NCBI GenBank assembly: GCA_012518315.1
Contig: JAAYSL010000076.1
Span: 1 to 61,130 of the forward strand
Direction: 5' to 3'
Length of the DNA: 61,130 bases
From: Bacillota bacterium
GTDB lineage: Bacteria; Bacillota; Limnochordia; DTU087
Position numbers and translations under genes: made by a program. The notes under the pieces were generated by a model. The model had not been told where the DNA came from, made no database searches, and worked only from the letters and a program-made list of their open reading frames with translations. Of this stretch, positions 45,484-55,464 are shown piece by piece (position 1 is the stretch's first letter; the number at the start of each line of letters is the position of its first letter).

Positions 45484-45711
45484 CTACATATGGTTAGCAT
45501 TCTTGCGAACTGCAAAGCGCTTAGGTACGAATACATCACTATGGTCAATCTCAAAGAGATCACATAGTTTCTGGACAGTGCACCAATCGGCAGGTCGCTT
45601 GCCATGCTCGATTAGACAATAGGTACTCTGCGGCATGCCGATAGCTAGCGCCACTTCTTTCTGGGTCATTCCCTTTGCCTGCCGTATTTGCCGTAACAAA
45701 GATTCGCCCAC
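45484..45711 (-). CDS. XRE-family HTH regulator (75 aa)
   Basis: IRQAKGMTQKEVALAIGMPQSTYCLIEHGKR is a Cro/C1-type HTH. The GTG start follows GGGAGGGA. Confidence 0.85.
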   Translation of the reverse strand: MGESLLRQIRQAKGMTQKEVALAIGMPQSTYCLIEHGKRPADWCTVQKLCDLFEIDHSDVFVPKRFAVRKNANHM

Positions 45712-45763
45712 CTTTGGTCCCTCCCATAGCGGTTTTCTCTAAAGGTAACCCTCCCTTGCCTAC

Positions 45764-45840
45764 AGTTTAGCTTTGCAATACGCAAAAGTCAAGGACAACT
45801 CTACATTTTGCAATGTTTGCTTCCCGAATATTACAATACG
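45764..45840. promoter_or_regulatory. Back-to-back divergent promoters with operator-like repeats between the two XRE genes
   Basis: Leftward promoter TTGACT-N17-TAAACT has TTTGC-N5-GCAAA in its spacer. Rightward promoter is TTGCAA(45808)-N18-TACAAT(45832). The decamer TTRCAATRYK occurs at 45773, 45808 and 45831. Confidence 0.45.
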
Positions 45841-45871
45841 TGATAAACTCTCTTTATGGGAGGGAGACATC

Positions 45872-46270
45872 ATGACAGTACTAGGTAAGCGAATTCGCTA
45901 CCTGCGCCAACAAGCTAGCCTTACTCAAGCACAACTAGGCAAACTGTTGGGGTGTTCTAGTAGTACAGTCTCCTTATACGAGGGAGGTCAGCGTTCCCCC
46001 GATACCACTATGCTGGTTAGACTAGCCGATGTGTTTGACGTATCTGTGGACTACCTGCTTGGCCGTGTGCCTAATCCGACAAGGAAAGACGTTGCGGAGT
46101 CCGAGCCCCTTCAGCCCGATAGTGGTTGGTCTGTTGCAGAAGACCTAACACCGGAAGGGGCGGAGCTTCTAGAAGTGCTAACCCGGGAAGTAAAGAAGCG
46201 TTTCTCCAAAAAGGATCAAGTTAAGGCATACCCTCCAAAGCGGCCGGGGGAAAGCAAAGCCCATGAGTAG
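45872..46270 (+). CDS. XRE-family HTH regulator (132 aa) with unstructured C-terminal tail
   Basis: IRYLRQQASLTQAQLGKLLGCSSSTVSLYEGGQRSP is the HTH. ATG 45872 follows GGGAGGGAGA. The track ORF starts at TTG 45773. Confidence 0.85.
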   Translation: MTVLGKRIRYLRQQASLTQAQLGKLLGCSSSTVSLYEGGQRSPDTTMLVRLADVFDVSVDYLLGRVPNPTRKDVAESEPLQPDSGWSVAEDLTPEGAELLEVLTREVKKRFSKKDQVKAYPPKRPGESKAHE

Positions 46271-46504
46271 GCCACAAAACTAGGGTCTGGCTTCCTCCCA
46301 AATAAGGGCAGCTGCTCCTTTCACCCCACTGATTGAGCCACCCTTAACCTGGATTATCCGGGGCAGTAGTATCCACTTCCGATAGCATCTTACCAACGAC
46401 TCCACAAGAGCTTTGCGTTCAAGCTTACAACATAGGCAGGAAAGCTCTCTACACTAGAAGAAACCATTCTTTGGAAATAGAAGTCTTCACAAAGGAGGAT
46501 GGCT

Positions 46505-48490
46505 ATGTATTTTGGAGCAGACTACTACCCCGAGCATTGGCCAAGGGAGCGCTGGGAAGCCGATGCCCAGATGATGCAAGCTGCCCACATCAATGTAGTC
46601 CGGCTAGCGGAGTTCGCCTGGTCCAAACTAGAGCCCACTGAGGGACACTACGATTTTGCCTGGCTAGATGAGGCGATTGACATTCTCAATCAGCACGGCA
46701 TTCAGGTAATCATAGGTACTCCCACAGCCACCCCACCCAAATGGCTCATCGACAAGTACCCAGATATCTTGCCAGTAGATGCCGATGGCCATGTACGGGG
46801 TTTTGGCTCCCGCTGTCACTACTGTGCAACCAATAAGAACTATCACTGGCATAGTGATCTCATCGTAGGTCAGCTCGCCAAGCACTATGGGCACCATCCA
46901 GGAGTCATTGGCTGGCAGACTGACAATGAGTTTGGTTGCCATTCCACCACAAGGTGCTATTGCGATTCGTGCCGTAAAGCCTTTCGCCAATGGCTCCAGC
47001 AAAAGTACGGTACCCTTGAGGCCCTTAACGAGGCCTGGGGCACGGTTTTTTGGAGCCAAACGTATGAGACCTGGGATCAGGTGATTATCCCCAGGAAAAC
47101 GGTGGCCTCCCACAATCCTAGCTTGCTCCTGGATTTCTATCGCTTTTCTTCAGACATGAAGGTAGAGTTTCAGGCACGCCAGCTTCGTATTCTCCGCCAG
47201 CATAGCACCAATCAGTTTATTACCCATAACCTCATGGGGCTCTTTCCGGAGATCGATTATTATGATCTGGCAAAAGACCTTGACTTCGTTTCCTGGGACA
47301 ATTACCCCCGGTATAGCGGGGCACCGGATAGTACCCGGCTCGCCCTAAGTCATGATCTGATGCGGGGAATCCGCAAGCAGAACTTCTGGGTTATGGAAGA
47401 GCAAAGTGGGCCTAGTGGCTGGGAGATCGTGCATTCTACGCCGAGGCCAGGCGAGATTCGTCTCTGGACATACCAAGCTGTTTCCCGGGGAGCTGACGGT
47501 ATTGTGTACTTTAGGTGGCGGACTTGTCGCTTCGGTACTGAGGAGTACTGGCATGGCATCATAGACCATGATGGCAGACCACGCCGCCGCTATAGAGAAA
47601 TACAAGAGACAGGTAAGGAACTGGCTGAGCTATGGCCCTTCCTTGATGGAACTGAAGTCAAGAACGATGTGGCTATCCTTTATTCCTATGACCAGCTTTG
47701 GTCTTTGCAGATTCAACCCAACAATCCCAGCCTACAGTATACTGAGATTGTGAAAGAGTATTACAAGCGCCTCCATGAGCTGAATATCGGGGTTGATCTT
47801 GTTAACCATACCGACGAATTTACCGACTACAAGATCCTAATTGCCCCCCTCCTATATCTAATGACACCTGAGCTTGCCTTGAGACTGACCAAGTTTGTCG
47901 AGTCCGGGGGCATACTAGTTACTACCTTCCGATCTGGAGTAAAGAACTGGGATAATGTAGTGACTGACAAAACCCTACCGGGAGAGCTGTCGGAGCTAAT
48001 AGGTGTAGAGATAGAGGAATACGACTCTATCTATGGCGAAACACCAATTGGTATCAGTATGGAGCTTCAAGGTTACAAAGTGGAGGGAACTGCCAGTACA
48101 TGGTGTGATGTGATCATCCCCGGGACAGCGGACACTCTGGCGAAATACACCACCGAATACTACGCCGGGCAAACAGCCATCACCCAAAACAGTCTTGGTA
48201 AAGGCAAGGCCATCTACGTAGGCACCCGGCTTGACGCCAACCTTACCGCAAGGCTCATGGACCATGTGTTAACCCTTGCTGGTGTTGCCCGTGGTCCCTT
48301 GGCCGAGACTGGTATTGAAGTCTCGATCCGGGGAAAAGCAGGTATGAGACTACTGTTCTTGCTGAACCATAGTGGAAAGAAGCAAACCGTTGACCTAACC
48401 CAGCACTATGTAGATCCACTGACTGACGTGCCCATCACTGGCAGGCTCGAGCTTCCAGCTTATGGGGTGGAGGTACTGCGGGAAGTCTAG
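46505..48490 (+). CDS. GH42 beta-galactosidase
   Basis: MYFGADYYPEHW is the GH42 N-terminus. WQTDNE carries the acid/base Glu and a second catalytic-region motif is WVMEEQ. The second ATG (46505) has correct spacing from AAAGGAGG. Confidence 0.85.
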   Translation: MYFGADYYPEHWPRERWEADAQMMQAAHINVVRLAEFAWSKLEPTEGHYDFAWLDEAIDILNQHGIQVIIGTPTATPPKWLIDKYPDILPVDADGHVRGFGSRCHYCATNKNYHWHSDLIVGQLAKHYGHHPGVIGWQTDNEFGCHSTTRCYCDSCRKAFRQWLQQKYGTLEALNEAWGTVFWSQTYETWDQVIIPRKTVASHNPSLLLDFYRFSSDMKVEFQARQLRILRQHSTNQFITHNLMGLFPEIDYYDLAKDLDFVSWDNYPRYSGAPDSTRLALSHDLMRGIRKQNFWVMEEQSGPSGWEIVHSTPRPGEIRLWTYQAVSRGADGIVYFRWRTCRFGTEEYWHGIIDHDGRPRRRYREIQETGKELAELWPFLDGTEVKNDVAILYSYDQLWSLQIQPNNPSLQYTEIVKEYYKRLHELNIGVDLVNHTDEFTDYKILIAPLLYLMTPELALRLTKFVESGGILVTTFRSGVKNWDNVVTDKTLPGELSELIGVEIEEYDSIYGETPIGISMELQGYKVEGTASTWCDVIIPGTADTLAKYTTEYYAGQTAITQNSLGKGKAIYVGTRLDANLTARLMDHVLTLAGVARGPLAETGIEVSIRGKAGMRLLFLLNHSGKKQTVDLTQHYVDPLTDVPITGRLELPAYGVEVLREV

Positions 48491-48565
48491 TACTATAGGG
48501 GCAAGCACCTGGCCCATGGTCTTCTCGGGAGCTTGCTCCGTTACCCACAATCTAGGAGGGACCTT

Positions 48566-49615
48566 ATGGCCACTGTCCCAACATACATGGCTACAATCGT
48601 ACCAGGATTGGAAGATGTCGCTATCTCAGAAATCACCAGCAAACTGCCAGGTTCCTGGATTCAGGCTAAGCTCCGAGGGCGAATTCTGTTTGCCACAGAT
48701 TCCTCTTGGGAAAAGCTAATGCAGCTTCGCAGTGTGGACAATATCTACTTTCATATAGCTTGGTTAAAAATCGGCTCCCACAAGGCTGATCTAGCGGATC
48801 TAACCAGTAGTATCGAGGATCTAGAGCTCCCGGATTTACCCCACCAGACAAAACCCAAGCCGAGGGCTAGGGCCATTGTCAATGCCAGCCGAAGTGGTAA
48901 CCACACTTTTAGCAGGTTTGATGCCGCCAAGGCCGCATTAGAGGGGCTTACCGCCGCCCATGGTTTTGTCCCCGCAACTACCGAAGCCCATGACTATGAG
49001 TTCCGACTTGATATTATCGATGGAGATGCCCTTTTCTCTCTAAAGCTAACTGGTGCATGTTTTCGCTTTCGCGGTCACCGCACCTTCTCTAAGGCGGCAC
49101 TGAGGCCACCTATTGCCCATGCTCTAGTCTGGCTTTCGGAACCTAAGGCAAATGATGTCTTCCTCGATCCATTTTGCGGGTCAGGAACTATCCCCATCGA
49201 GAGAGCCGCCTATCCCGCTAGCTCGATTATTGGGGGGGATATCTCCCTTGAAGCTGTGGATGCGGCAAGGAGGAATGCTCCAGAAAACGTCCATATACGC
49301 CATATGGATGCCTGTGAGCTGGAGGGCATCGCGCCCCAATCGGTGAGTGCCATTGTCACGAATTTGCCCTGGGGCAAGCAAATCGCACCAAATGAAGACA
49401 TCGAGGCATTGTACAGTAAGTTCCTTTTGGCAACTAGGCGGGTTCTAAAAGCAGACGGTAGGGCTATCATGCTCACCGACCAGGAGGAGGCGCTGGGCCA
49501 GGCCTGTCGCCGGGCCCAGCTTGTGTGCCAGCCTCTACACAAGATTAGCCTCCATGGCTCACTAGCTGTTATCTATAGGATAAGGCCTCACGATTCATCA
49601 GGTGTGGCTGATTAG
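48566..49615 (+). CDS. THUMP-domain class-I SAM-dependent RNA methyltransferase
   Basis: N-terminal THUMP-like region, the SAM motif DPFCGSGTI and the catalytic NLPWG. ATG 48566 follows AGGAGGGA. Confidence 0.8.
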   Translation: MATVPTYMATIVPGLEDVAISEITSKLPGSWIQAKLRGRILFATDSSWEKLMQLRSVDNIYFHIAWLKIGSHKADLADLTSSIEDLELPDLPHQTKPKPRARAIVNASRSGNHTFSRFDAAKAALEGLTAAHGFVPATTEAHDYEFRLDIIDGDALFSLKLTGACFRFRGHRTFSKAALRPPIAHALVWLSEPKANDVFLDPFCGSGTIPIERAAYPASSIIGGDISLEAVDAARRNAPENVHIRHMDACELEGIAPQSVSAIVTNLPWGKQIAPNEDIEALYSKFLLATRRVLKADGRAIMLTDQEEALGQACRRAQLVCQPLHKISLHGSLAVIYRIRPHDSSGVAD

Positions 49616-49662
49616 TAACACTAATACTCACTGATAAACAACCAGATTGAGCGAGTAACAGA

Positions 49663-50766
49663 CTACTTCGCTTTGGCACCTGAGGCACCCTGGCTGCGCA
49701 TAATACGAAGCATGCCCTGTGTGGCCTCTACCGTGCCATCGGGCATCACCCAGAGGGCCTCTACCCCATCTATGCTCTCGGCTAACTCTTTACTTTCGGT
49801 AAAGGGCAGCAAGAATAGCTCTGTGGATAGAAAATCTGCCACTCCCGAATCCTCCGCAACGATGGACACGGCCCGGTAGTGAGCCGCTGGCATCAGTGTG
49901 GCAGGATCGATCAGATGATGAAAGGGCTTACCATCGACTATATAGTATCGTTGGTAGTCTCCACTACTTACCACGGAACCATCATTAATGAAAACAACAT
50001 CAAGCAGACCATCATCAGAGAAGATAGATGCCCGGGGGTCTTGGATCCCCACACCCCATCGCTCCCTGATACCATCTAGGGGCTTTCCCATAGCCCGGAT
50101 ATTCCCTCCTGCGCTGATCATAGCAGACTTTAGCCCCTGGGCCGCCATTTCCCGCATCACTACCTCAGTAGCATAACCTTTGGCGATGGCCCCCACATCT
50201 AGGCGCATATTGCTATCCTCGAGAAAAACGGTGCCATTAGCTGTATCGACGATAACCTTATCAATGTCTGTATGCTGCGCGGCTGCCTTTAGCTTGTTCA
50301 TAGGTGGTAACTGGGCCGCTTCTGGGTCATTCCGCCCTGTTTCCCGGTATTCATGCCAAATGCCTGTCACTGCACCCATGGCGATATTGGTCTTACCATG
50401 AGCTTGCTTGTACCATTTTTTAGCAAAAAGAATAAGGTCAATAATATCTTCATCGACCTTAACTGGCTTGATACCGGCATTATCGTTGATGGTCTTGATA
50501 TTGTTGATACCCGGGTATTCCTGGTAGATATCATATAGGCGGTGCAGTTCTCGAAATCGCTGATGGGTCTTTTCGAAATAAGTGTCAAACTCTTCTTGGG
50601 TTCGGGTATATGCCACAACAATAGTCACTGTATCAAAGGTATCCAAAAAACTCTCTGTGTGTTTTTCATACCTGTGAGCTGTACCTTGGTAAATAGCAAA
50701 GGCACCCGCTACCCCCAAGAGCACTGTTAGTAGGATAGCTGTGAGCTTCAGCTTAGATTTCCTCAT
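49663..50766 (-). CDS. apbE: FAD:protein FMN transferase (ApbE/FmnB family), N-terminally membrane-anchored
   Basis: Length, N-terminal TM helix and the motifs DVGAIAKGYA, SAGGNI and FHHLIDP match the ApbE family. Confidence 0.8.
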   Translation of the reverse strand: MRKSKLKLTAILLTVLLGVAGAFAIYQGTAHRYEKHTESFLDTFDTVTIVVAYTRTQEEFDTYFEKTHQRFRELHRLYDIYQEYPGINNIKTINDNAGIKPVKVDEDIIDLILFAKKWYKQAHGKTNIAMGAVTGIWHEYRETGRNDPEAAQLPPMNKLKAAAQHTDIDKVIVDTANGTVFLEDSNMRLDVGAIAKGYATEVVMREMAAQGLKSAMISAGGNIRAMGKPLDGIRERWGVGIQDPRASIFSDDGLLDVVFINDGSVVSSGDYQRYYIVDGKPFHHLIDPATLMPAAHYRAVSIVAEDSGVADFLSTELFLLPFTESKELAESIDGVEALWVMPDGTVEATQGMLRIMRSQGASGAKAK

Positions 50767-50823
50767 CTACACCACCCGTCTATCTGCTTTACTTCGCCAA
50801 CCCTCCACAGGGAAGGTTTTGCA

Positions 50824-50863
50824 CAAGGCAAGCCCCCCAAGGGAGACGGGGAGGCTTGCCTTG
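50824..50863 (-). other. Long GC-rich intercistronic stem-loop between the FMN_bind-like gene and apbE
   Basis: CAAGGCAAGCC (50824-50834) pairs with GGCTTGCCTTG (50853-50863). The stem can be extended by CCCC/GGGG. No U-tract is present. Confidence 0.55.
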
Positions 50864-50908
50864 CAACCTGATTGCGGGATTAGGCTACCATCCCGTATAG
50901 TATAGCAC

Positions 50909-51949
50909 TTATCTGGCGTCAGTGTAGGATTCGCCCACTGTAAAGAGGAAGCTCTCCACTGTCATGGTCACCCGAGAGGTAAGCTCAGGCACATCCGGTA
51001 CTGCGATGTGATTAGCATCTTTCTCTCTTACCTTAAGGGCCTGGATCTCCTTAGCAGTTTTGCCTATCATCCACTTCTCTAGTGCGGCAATCTGCTCATG
51101 CCATTCCTTCTTGATGGCAGAACCCTTTACCATGCCATAGGCATCGCCTAGCTCTTTCTTGCTCTTAATCTTCTCATCCCGGTCAGCCGTCACTTTAGCT
51201 GTCTTCGTGTCAAAAGGCACCTTAGTTTGGATTGTATCGATGAAGACACCGACTACTTTGCCATTTTTGTCAAATAGCGTGGCAGCTAGTGTAGTGTTTA
51301 CCTGGGCAGCGGCAGGCTTGGAACTGGCAATGGAGACCTCATGACCCAGCCCCAGCTTTACGCCACCGGTGGCTACAGGTACTGCATTCTCCCACGCCTT
51401 TTCAACTGCCGCCAGATAATCCTGCACAGTAATGGTTACTGAGGAAGTAAGCTCAGGCACATCCGGTACAGCTAGGTGAGCAGCATCCCTTTCTTTTACC
51501 TTAAGAGCCATGATCTCTGGCACTGTCTTGCCAACCATCCATTCCTCTAGGCTGGCAATCTGCTCATTCCATTCCTTGCCAATGGAAGAGGCTTTGCGCA
51601 TCCCATAGTTATCACCAAGTTCTACCTTGGTAAGGCCGGCGGCGGCAAGGTCACTGGCTACTGAGAAATCTTTATTAAAGTTAATCTTACTTTGGGCACT
51701 GTCGAGGGTAACCTTCACTACTCTGCCCTTGGCATCAAAGGCTACTGCTGCAATGGCACTATCCACTTGTGCCATGGGAGGGACGACATTGCCTTTACCA
51801 TCAACACTGAGATCCTGTGATTTTGCAATTGATGTAATATGACCGAGTCCCAGCTTAACTGGCGCTTCTGCTGCCAAAACAGCCGAAGACCCAATCGCTA
51901 ATACAAGTACTGCTGCACATACTAAAGCAATAAATGTTGATTTTCTCAT
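50909..51949 (-). CDS. Exported protein with two tandem FMN_bind-like domains (PplA-like)
   Basis: Signal peptide (AVLA-AEAP). Two ~150-165-aa repeats each start VKLGLGH and end DVPELTS(S/R)VT(I/M)TV followed by a helix. This mimics the C-terminal D-x-x-S-G-A-T-x-T-S of FMN_bind domains. The gene is adjacent to apbE. Confidence 0.55.
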   Translation of the reverse strand: MRKSTFIALVCAAVLVLAIGSSAVLAAEAPVKLGLGHITSIAKSQDLSVDGKGNVVPPMAQVDSAIAAVAFDAKGRVVKVTLDSAQSKINFNKDFSVASDLAAAGLTKVELGDNYGMRKASSIGKEWNEQIASLEEWMVGKTVPEIMALKVKERDAAHLAVPDVPELTSSVTITVQDYLAAVEKAWENAVPVATGGVKLGLGHEVSIASSKPAAAQVNTTLAATLFDKNGKVVGVFIDTIQTKVPFDTKTAKVTADRDEKIKSKKELGDAYGMVKGSAIKKEWHEQIAALEKWMIGKTAKEIQALKVREKDANHIAVPDVPELTSRVTMTVESFLFTVGESYTDAR

Positions 51950-52177
51950 GACTCTCCTCCTTTCCCACTAGTAAACTACATTTCCCCTAACCGACACCTA
52001 CTTCCAATAGACCCAGTCTGTCGCTCTCTCCCTTTCTAAATACTAACTTGCTCGGTATTTATTCTACCATATTGCTTGTGTCCAGGCCAAGCACAATTTG
52101 TGATTGTGCGGACACCCTCAATCTGGAACATGGTGGGTTAGAGGAGTTGGCTCACATCAGCCAGCATTGCCTGCCAT

Positions 52178-53086
52178 TTAGTTGATGATGCTCGCCCGTA
52201 CTAAATGAAGCTTCCCCTCTTTGGATGTGCAATAGGCGTAATCGAATTCTGCATGATTGGCCGCAGCTCCCACATTACCCTCTCCATCAATGGCTAAAAC
52301 TGCCATCTTGGTCATGTCTTCAGTGGCACTACGTACAGGCAGGTCTTTTTCCAGCCGCCTAACCAATCCACCTAATGCATCCCCACATGCTTCCTGGGGC
52401 GAAGCGCCACTTCTCATCAAATCCACGATAGCATAACTGAGGCAGCCTCGCATAATCAGTTCTCCACAACCGGTAGCAACTGCTGCCCCGGCCAGATCAT
52501 CGGCATAGAAGCCGGAGCCAACCAAAGGAGAGTCCCCCACCCTTCCCGGCAACTTCATAGCCAGACCACTGGTGGATGTACCTGCTGTGATGCCCCCTCT
52601 CTGATCTAGAGCCACAACCCCTATTGTATCGTGACTACCAGGAACCTCTGGGGAGCTGCTTGCCTGGGCCAGCTGCTCCCGGCGTTTTTGCCAAGCTTCC
52701 AGGGAGCTCTGGGTCAGGAGCTGACTTCTTTCCAGTCCATGGGCATCAGCATATCGCTCTGCTCCTTCCCCTACCAGTAGGTGGTGAGGAGTCTTCTCTA
52801 GGACCAAACGCGCTATACCCACAGGGCTGGAAAAACCCTTTACCCCGGCAACTGCACCCACAGCCAAGTCTCGCCCACGCATTAGCGCGGCATCCAGCTG
52901 CACTTCCCCCTCAATGTTGGGTATACCCCCGACTCCCACTGAGTCAATGGACGGGTCAAGCTCTACAGCCCGAACGGCCTCTTCCACAGCATCAATGCCC
53001 ATGACGCCACTGGCAAGTAATCTACTACCCACCTCCACCGCCATCTGCCCAAAGGGCCACGTGGCAGCGATGGCCCACCGAACCAT
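52178..53086 (-). CDS. Ntn-hydrolase isoaspartyl peptidase / L-asparaginase (asparaginase_2 family)
   Basis: HDTIGVVALD..GTSTSG..GRVGDSPLVGSG carries the autoproteolytic G|T site and glycine-rich loop. Likely start is ATG 53086; the track ORF starts at 53116. Confidence 0.8.
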   Translation of the reverse strand: MVRWAIAATWPFGQMAVEVGSRLLASGVMGIDAVEEAVRAVELDPSIDSVGVGGIPNIEGEVQLDAALMRGRDLAVGAVAGVKGFSSPVGIARLVLEKTPHHLLVGEGAERYADAHGLERSQLLTQSSLEAWQKRREQLAQASSSPEVPGSHDTIGVVALDQRGGITAGTSTSGLAMKLPGRVGDSPLVGSGFYADDLAGAAVATGCGELIMRGCLSYAIVDLMRSGASPQEACGDALGGLVRRLEKDLPVRSATEDMTKMAVLAIDGEGNVGAAANHAEFDYAYCTSKEGKLHLVRASIIN

Positions 53087-53252
53087 ACCTACCCACCTCC
53101 ACTTGTTTCTAATCATGTCTAGGGGCCTATATATGCTACACTAGATCACGGAGAGGATTTCGGCAAGCTTTGCATAAAGGCCTGCCAAGCCAACAGTTGC
53201 CTTTACGGTTCTGTAGCTATATAATTTTGCTAGACCAGGAAAGGAAGTTGAG

Positions 53253-53951
53253 ATGCTACAGCGTTGGCCAAGGATTCTTCTAGCTGGTATACTAGCAGCC
53301 ATACCATTTCTCTCCGGCCCACAATTGTATCAGTTGTTTCGGGATCGGACTGCAATTGAGGCCTTTCTGGACCAGGCGGGGCCTTGGGCACCAGTTGGTT
53401 TTGTGCTCCTTAATATCCTGCAAATAATCATTGCCCCTTTGCCCGGAAACATCATTGGGATGGCCGGTGGCTATGTTTTTGGTTTTGCGTTAGGCTTTCT
53501 GCTCAATCTAGTCAGCATGCTAATCGGGTCTCTTTTTGTGTTCCAGCTGGCTAAATGGTTTGGTAGACCCCTCGTGGATCGATTTGTCGGCCCCAAGACC
53601 AGTGCTTTCTTGCAGAAACTAACCACCAAGAAGGGACGCCGTGGGATAGCTCTCATTTTTCTACTTCCCTTCTTGCCTGATGATGCCCTATGCTTAATCG
53701 TCGGCCTTACGCCGATGCCTATACGAACCTTTGCCATCTTGCTTCTAGGTTTCCGCACACCCGGTGTACTAGTATCCTCCTTAGTCGGAGCTGGCCTGAT
53801 TAACCTAACTATCGAGGGCTGGGCCGTGGTGACTGTCGTGGCTCTGGCGCTGCTTTACCTAGGCTGGACTAGAGGAGATGCTTTGGAACACTGGGTAATG
53901 AGCCTAGTTGATCGCTATTTGATGCCCTCCCACCAGACTCCTAAAGATTAA
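53253..53951 (+). CDS. TVP38/TMEM64 (DedA-related) family membrane protein
   Basis: Five to six TM helices and the FLLPFLPDDALCLIVGLT motif typical of the SNARE-associated/TVP38 family. Confidence 0.7.
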   Translation: MLQRWPRILLAGILAAIPFLSGPQLYQLFRDRTAIEAFLDQAGPWAPVGFVLLNILQIIIAPLPGNIIGMAGGYVFGFALGFLLNLVSMLIGSLFVFQLAKWFGRPLVDRFVGPKTSAFLQKLTTKKGRRGIALIFLLPFLPDDALCLIVGLTPMPIRTFAILLLGFRTPGVLVSSLVGAGLINLTIEGWAVVTVVALALLYLGWTRGDALEHWVMSLVDRYLMPSHQTPKD

Positions 53952-53954
53952 AGA

Positions 53955-53984
53955 CCCGCTAGCCACATTTTGTAGACTAGCGGG
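53955..53984. terminator. Stem-loop between convergent genes
   Basis: CCCGCTAG (53955-53962) pairs with CTAGCGGG (53977-53984) around a 14-nt loop. The U-tract is weak. Confidence 0.4.
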
Positions 53985-54028
53985 CCTTGCCGTTTAGACC
54001 GCTTGGCACCTACTGAAGAATTCCCGAT

Positions 54029-55351
54029 TTAAAACTCAATCGTCTTAAACTGTGGTAGGTAATCCTGATTTTGGACAAACATGGCCTTGACCATTTCCTT
54101 AATTTCATCAAGGGAGCAAACCGCTGCTGTCAGCGGATCATAGCAGATGGCATGAAAGACTAACCTAGGATCTCCTGTCAGGGCTCCTTCCACTGCCATT
54201 TCTTCAACTGCGACACTAAGGTTATTTAGAGCAGCTAGTTGTGGGGGCAATTCGCCTACATATATGGGATTAAACCCTCTACGATTAGCCAAAACTGGAA
54301 CCTCAACACAGACATCTTTTGGTAGGTTCGGGATCAGACCAGTATTCGGCACATTGCCATTAAACTCGAAGGGCTCTCCCCCTAGATAAGCATTGATGAT
54401 GTAGGCAGCATACTCCTTGCCACGCTTTAGATCTATCTCATCCTGGTCAAACCAGGCATCCACATCTTGCTTCCAGCTATCTTCCCGATGGAGGTATTCC
54501 TTTAGTATATAGGCATATTCGCCAGGGTTCCAGCCAGTGCCATGGATACAGTATTTTTCGATTAAGTCTGGGCGTTTTCTAAACCACCAGTTATACTCCG
54601 AGTTATGTCCACTAGATTCTGTGACATAGTAATCTAGGTGCAGGAACATCTCATTGCGGACGATCTCTTCACTGTAAATCTCAGGTTTAGAGACTGCCTC
54701 TCGGATGAGTGGATAGGCGTCTTTGCCCTTCCATTCGTACTCTAGATACCAAGCCTGGTGGTTGATCCCCCCACAGACATAATCAATTTCTTCCACAGGG
54801 GCCCCAATCCAGCGGGCTAGCATAGCCGCTGTACCTTGTACACTATGGCACAAGCCGGTGACTTTAACTGATGTTTCCCGCTGCATCGCTCGACAAAGCA
54901 TAGCCATAGGATTAGTATAATTTAGCAGAATGGCGTCGGGACAATGCTTTTCCATGTCCCGGCAAATGTCCAGCATGACTGGAATGGTCCTTAGGGCACG
55001 GAATATCCCAGAAGGGCCTCGGGTGTCACCCACATTTGTGTCAACACCAAACTGCTTAGGAATCTCGATATCATGGCGCCAAACTGACACATCCCCGGCC
55101 AAGATTGTGCATAGAACCGCATCTGCACCCTCAAGCGCTTCCTTCCGATCAAGGGTAGCCACTACCTTGGCAGGGTAACCACCGGCCTTAATAATCCGCT
55201 CCACGGCCCGTTGAGCGAAATTTAAGCGTTCTTCGTTAATATCCATTAGGGCAATGGTAGCATCGGCTAGTAATGGAAAAGTTAGTAGATCCCTAACTAA
55301 AGAGCGAGTGAAACCGAGACTACCGGCACCGATAAACGCGACCTTGGCCAT
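54029..55351 (-). CDS. GH4 NAD/Mn-dependent alpha-galactosidase/alpha-glucosidase
   Basis: [11 protein letters not shown] is the Rossmann fold. [26 protein letters not shown] matches the GH4 signature. ATG 55351 follows AAGAGGTG. Confidence 0.85.
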   Translation of the reverse strand: MAKVAFIGAGSLGFTRSLVRDLLTFPLLADATIALMDINEERLNFAQRAVERIIKAGGYPAKVVATLDRKEALEGADAVLCTILAGDVSVWRHDIEIPKQFGVDTNVGDTRGPSGIFRALRTIPVMLDICRDMEKHCPDAILLNYTNPMAMLCRAMQRETSVKVTGLCHSVQGTAAMLARWIGAPVEEIDYVCGGINHQAWYLEYEWKGKDAYPLIREAVSKPEIYSEEIVRNEMFLHLDYYVTESSGHNSEYNWWFRKRPDLIEKYCIHGTGWNPGEYAYILKEYLHREDSWKQDVDAWFDQDEIDLKRGKEYAAYIINAYLGGEPFEFNGNVPNTGLIPNLPKDVCVEVPVLANRRGFNPIYVGELPPQLAALNNLSVAVEEMAVEGALTGDPRLVFHAICYDPLTAAVCSLDEIKEMVKAMFVQNQDYLPQFKTIEF

Positions 55352-55464
55352 TTTTGTATACACCTCTTTTTCTTAAATTTGCCACTTCCTTGATTCATTT
55401 CGCCATCTATGTGAGGCCCTCCTGCATTGAGGCCAAGGGTGATCCAACCAGTAACACAGCCAAC

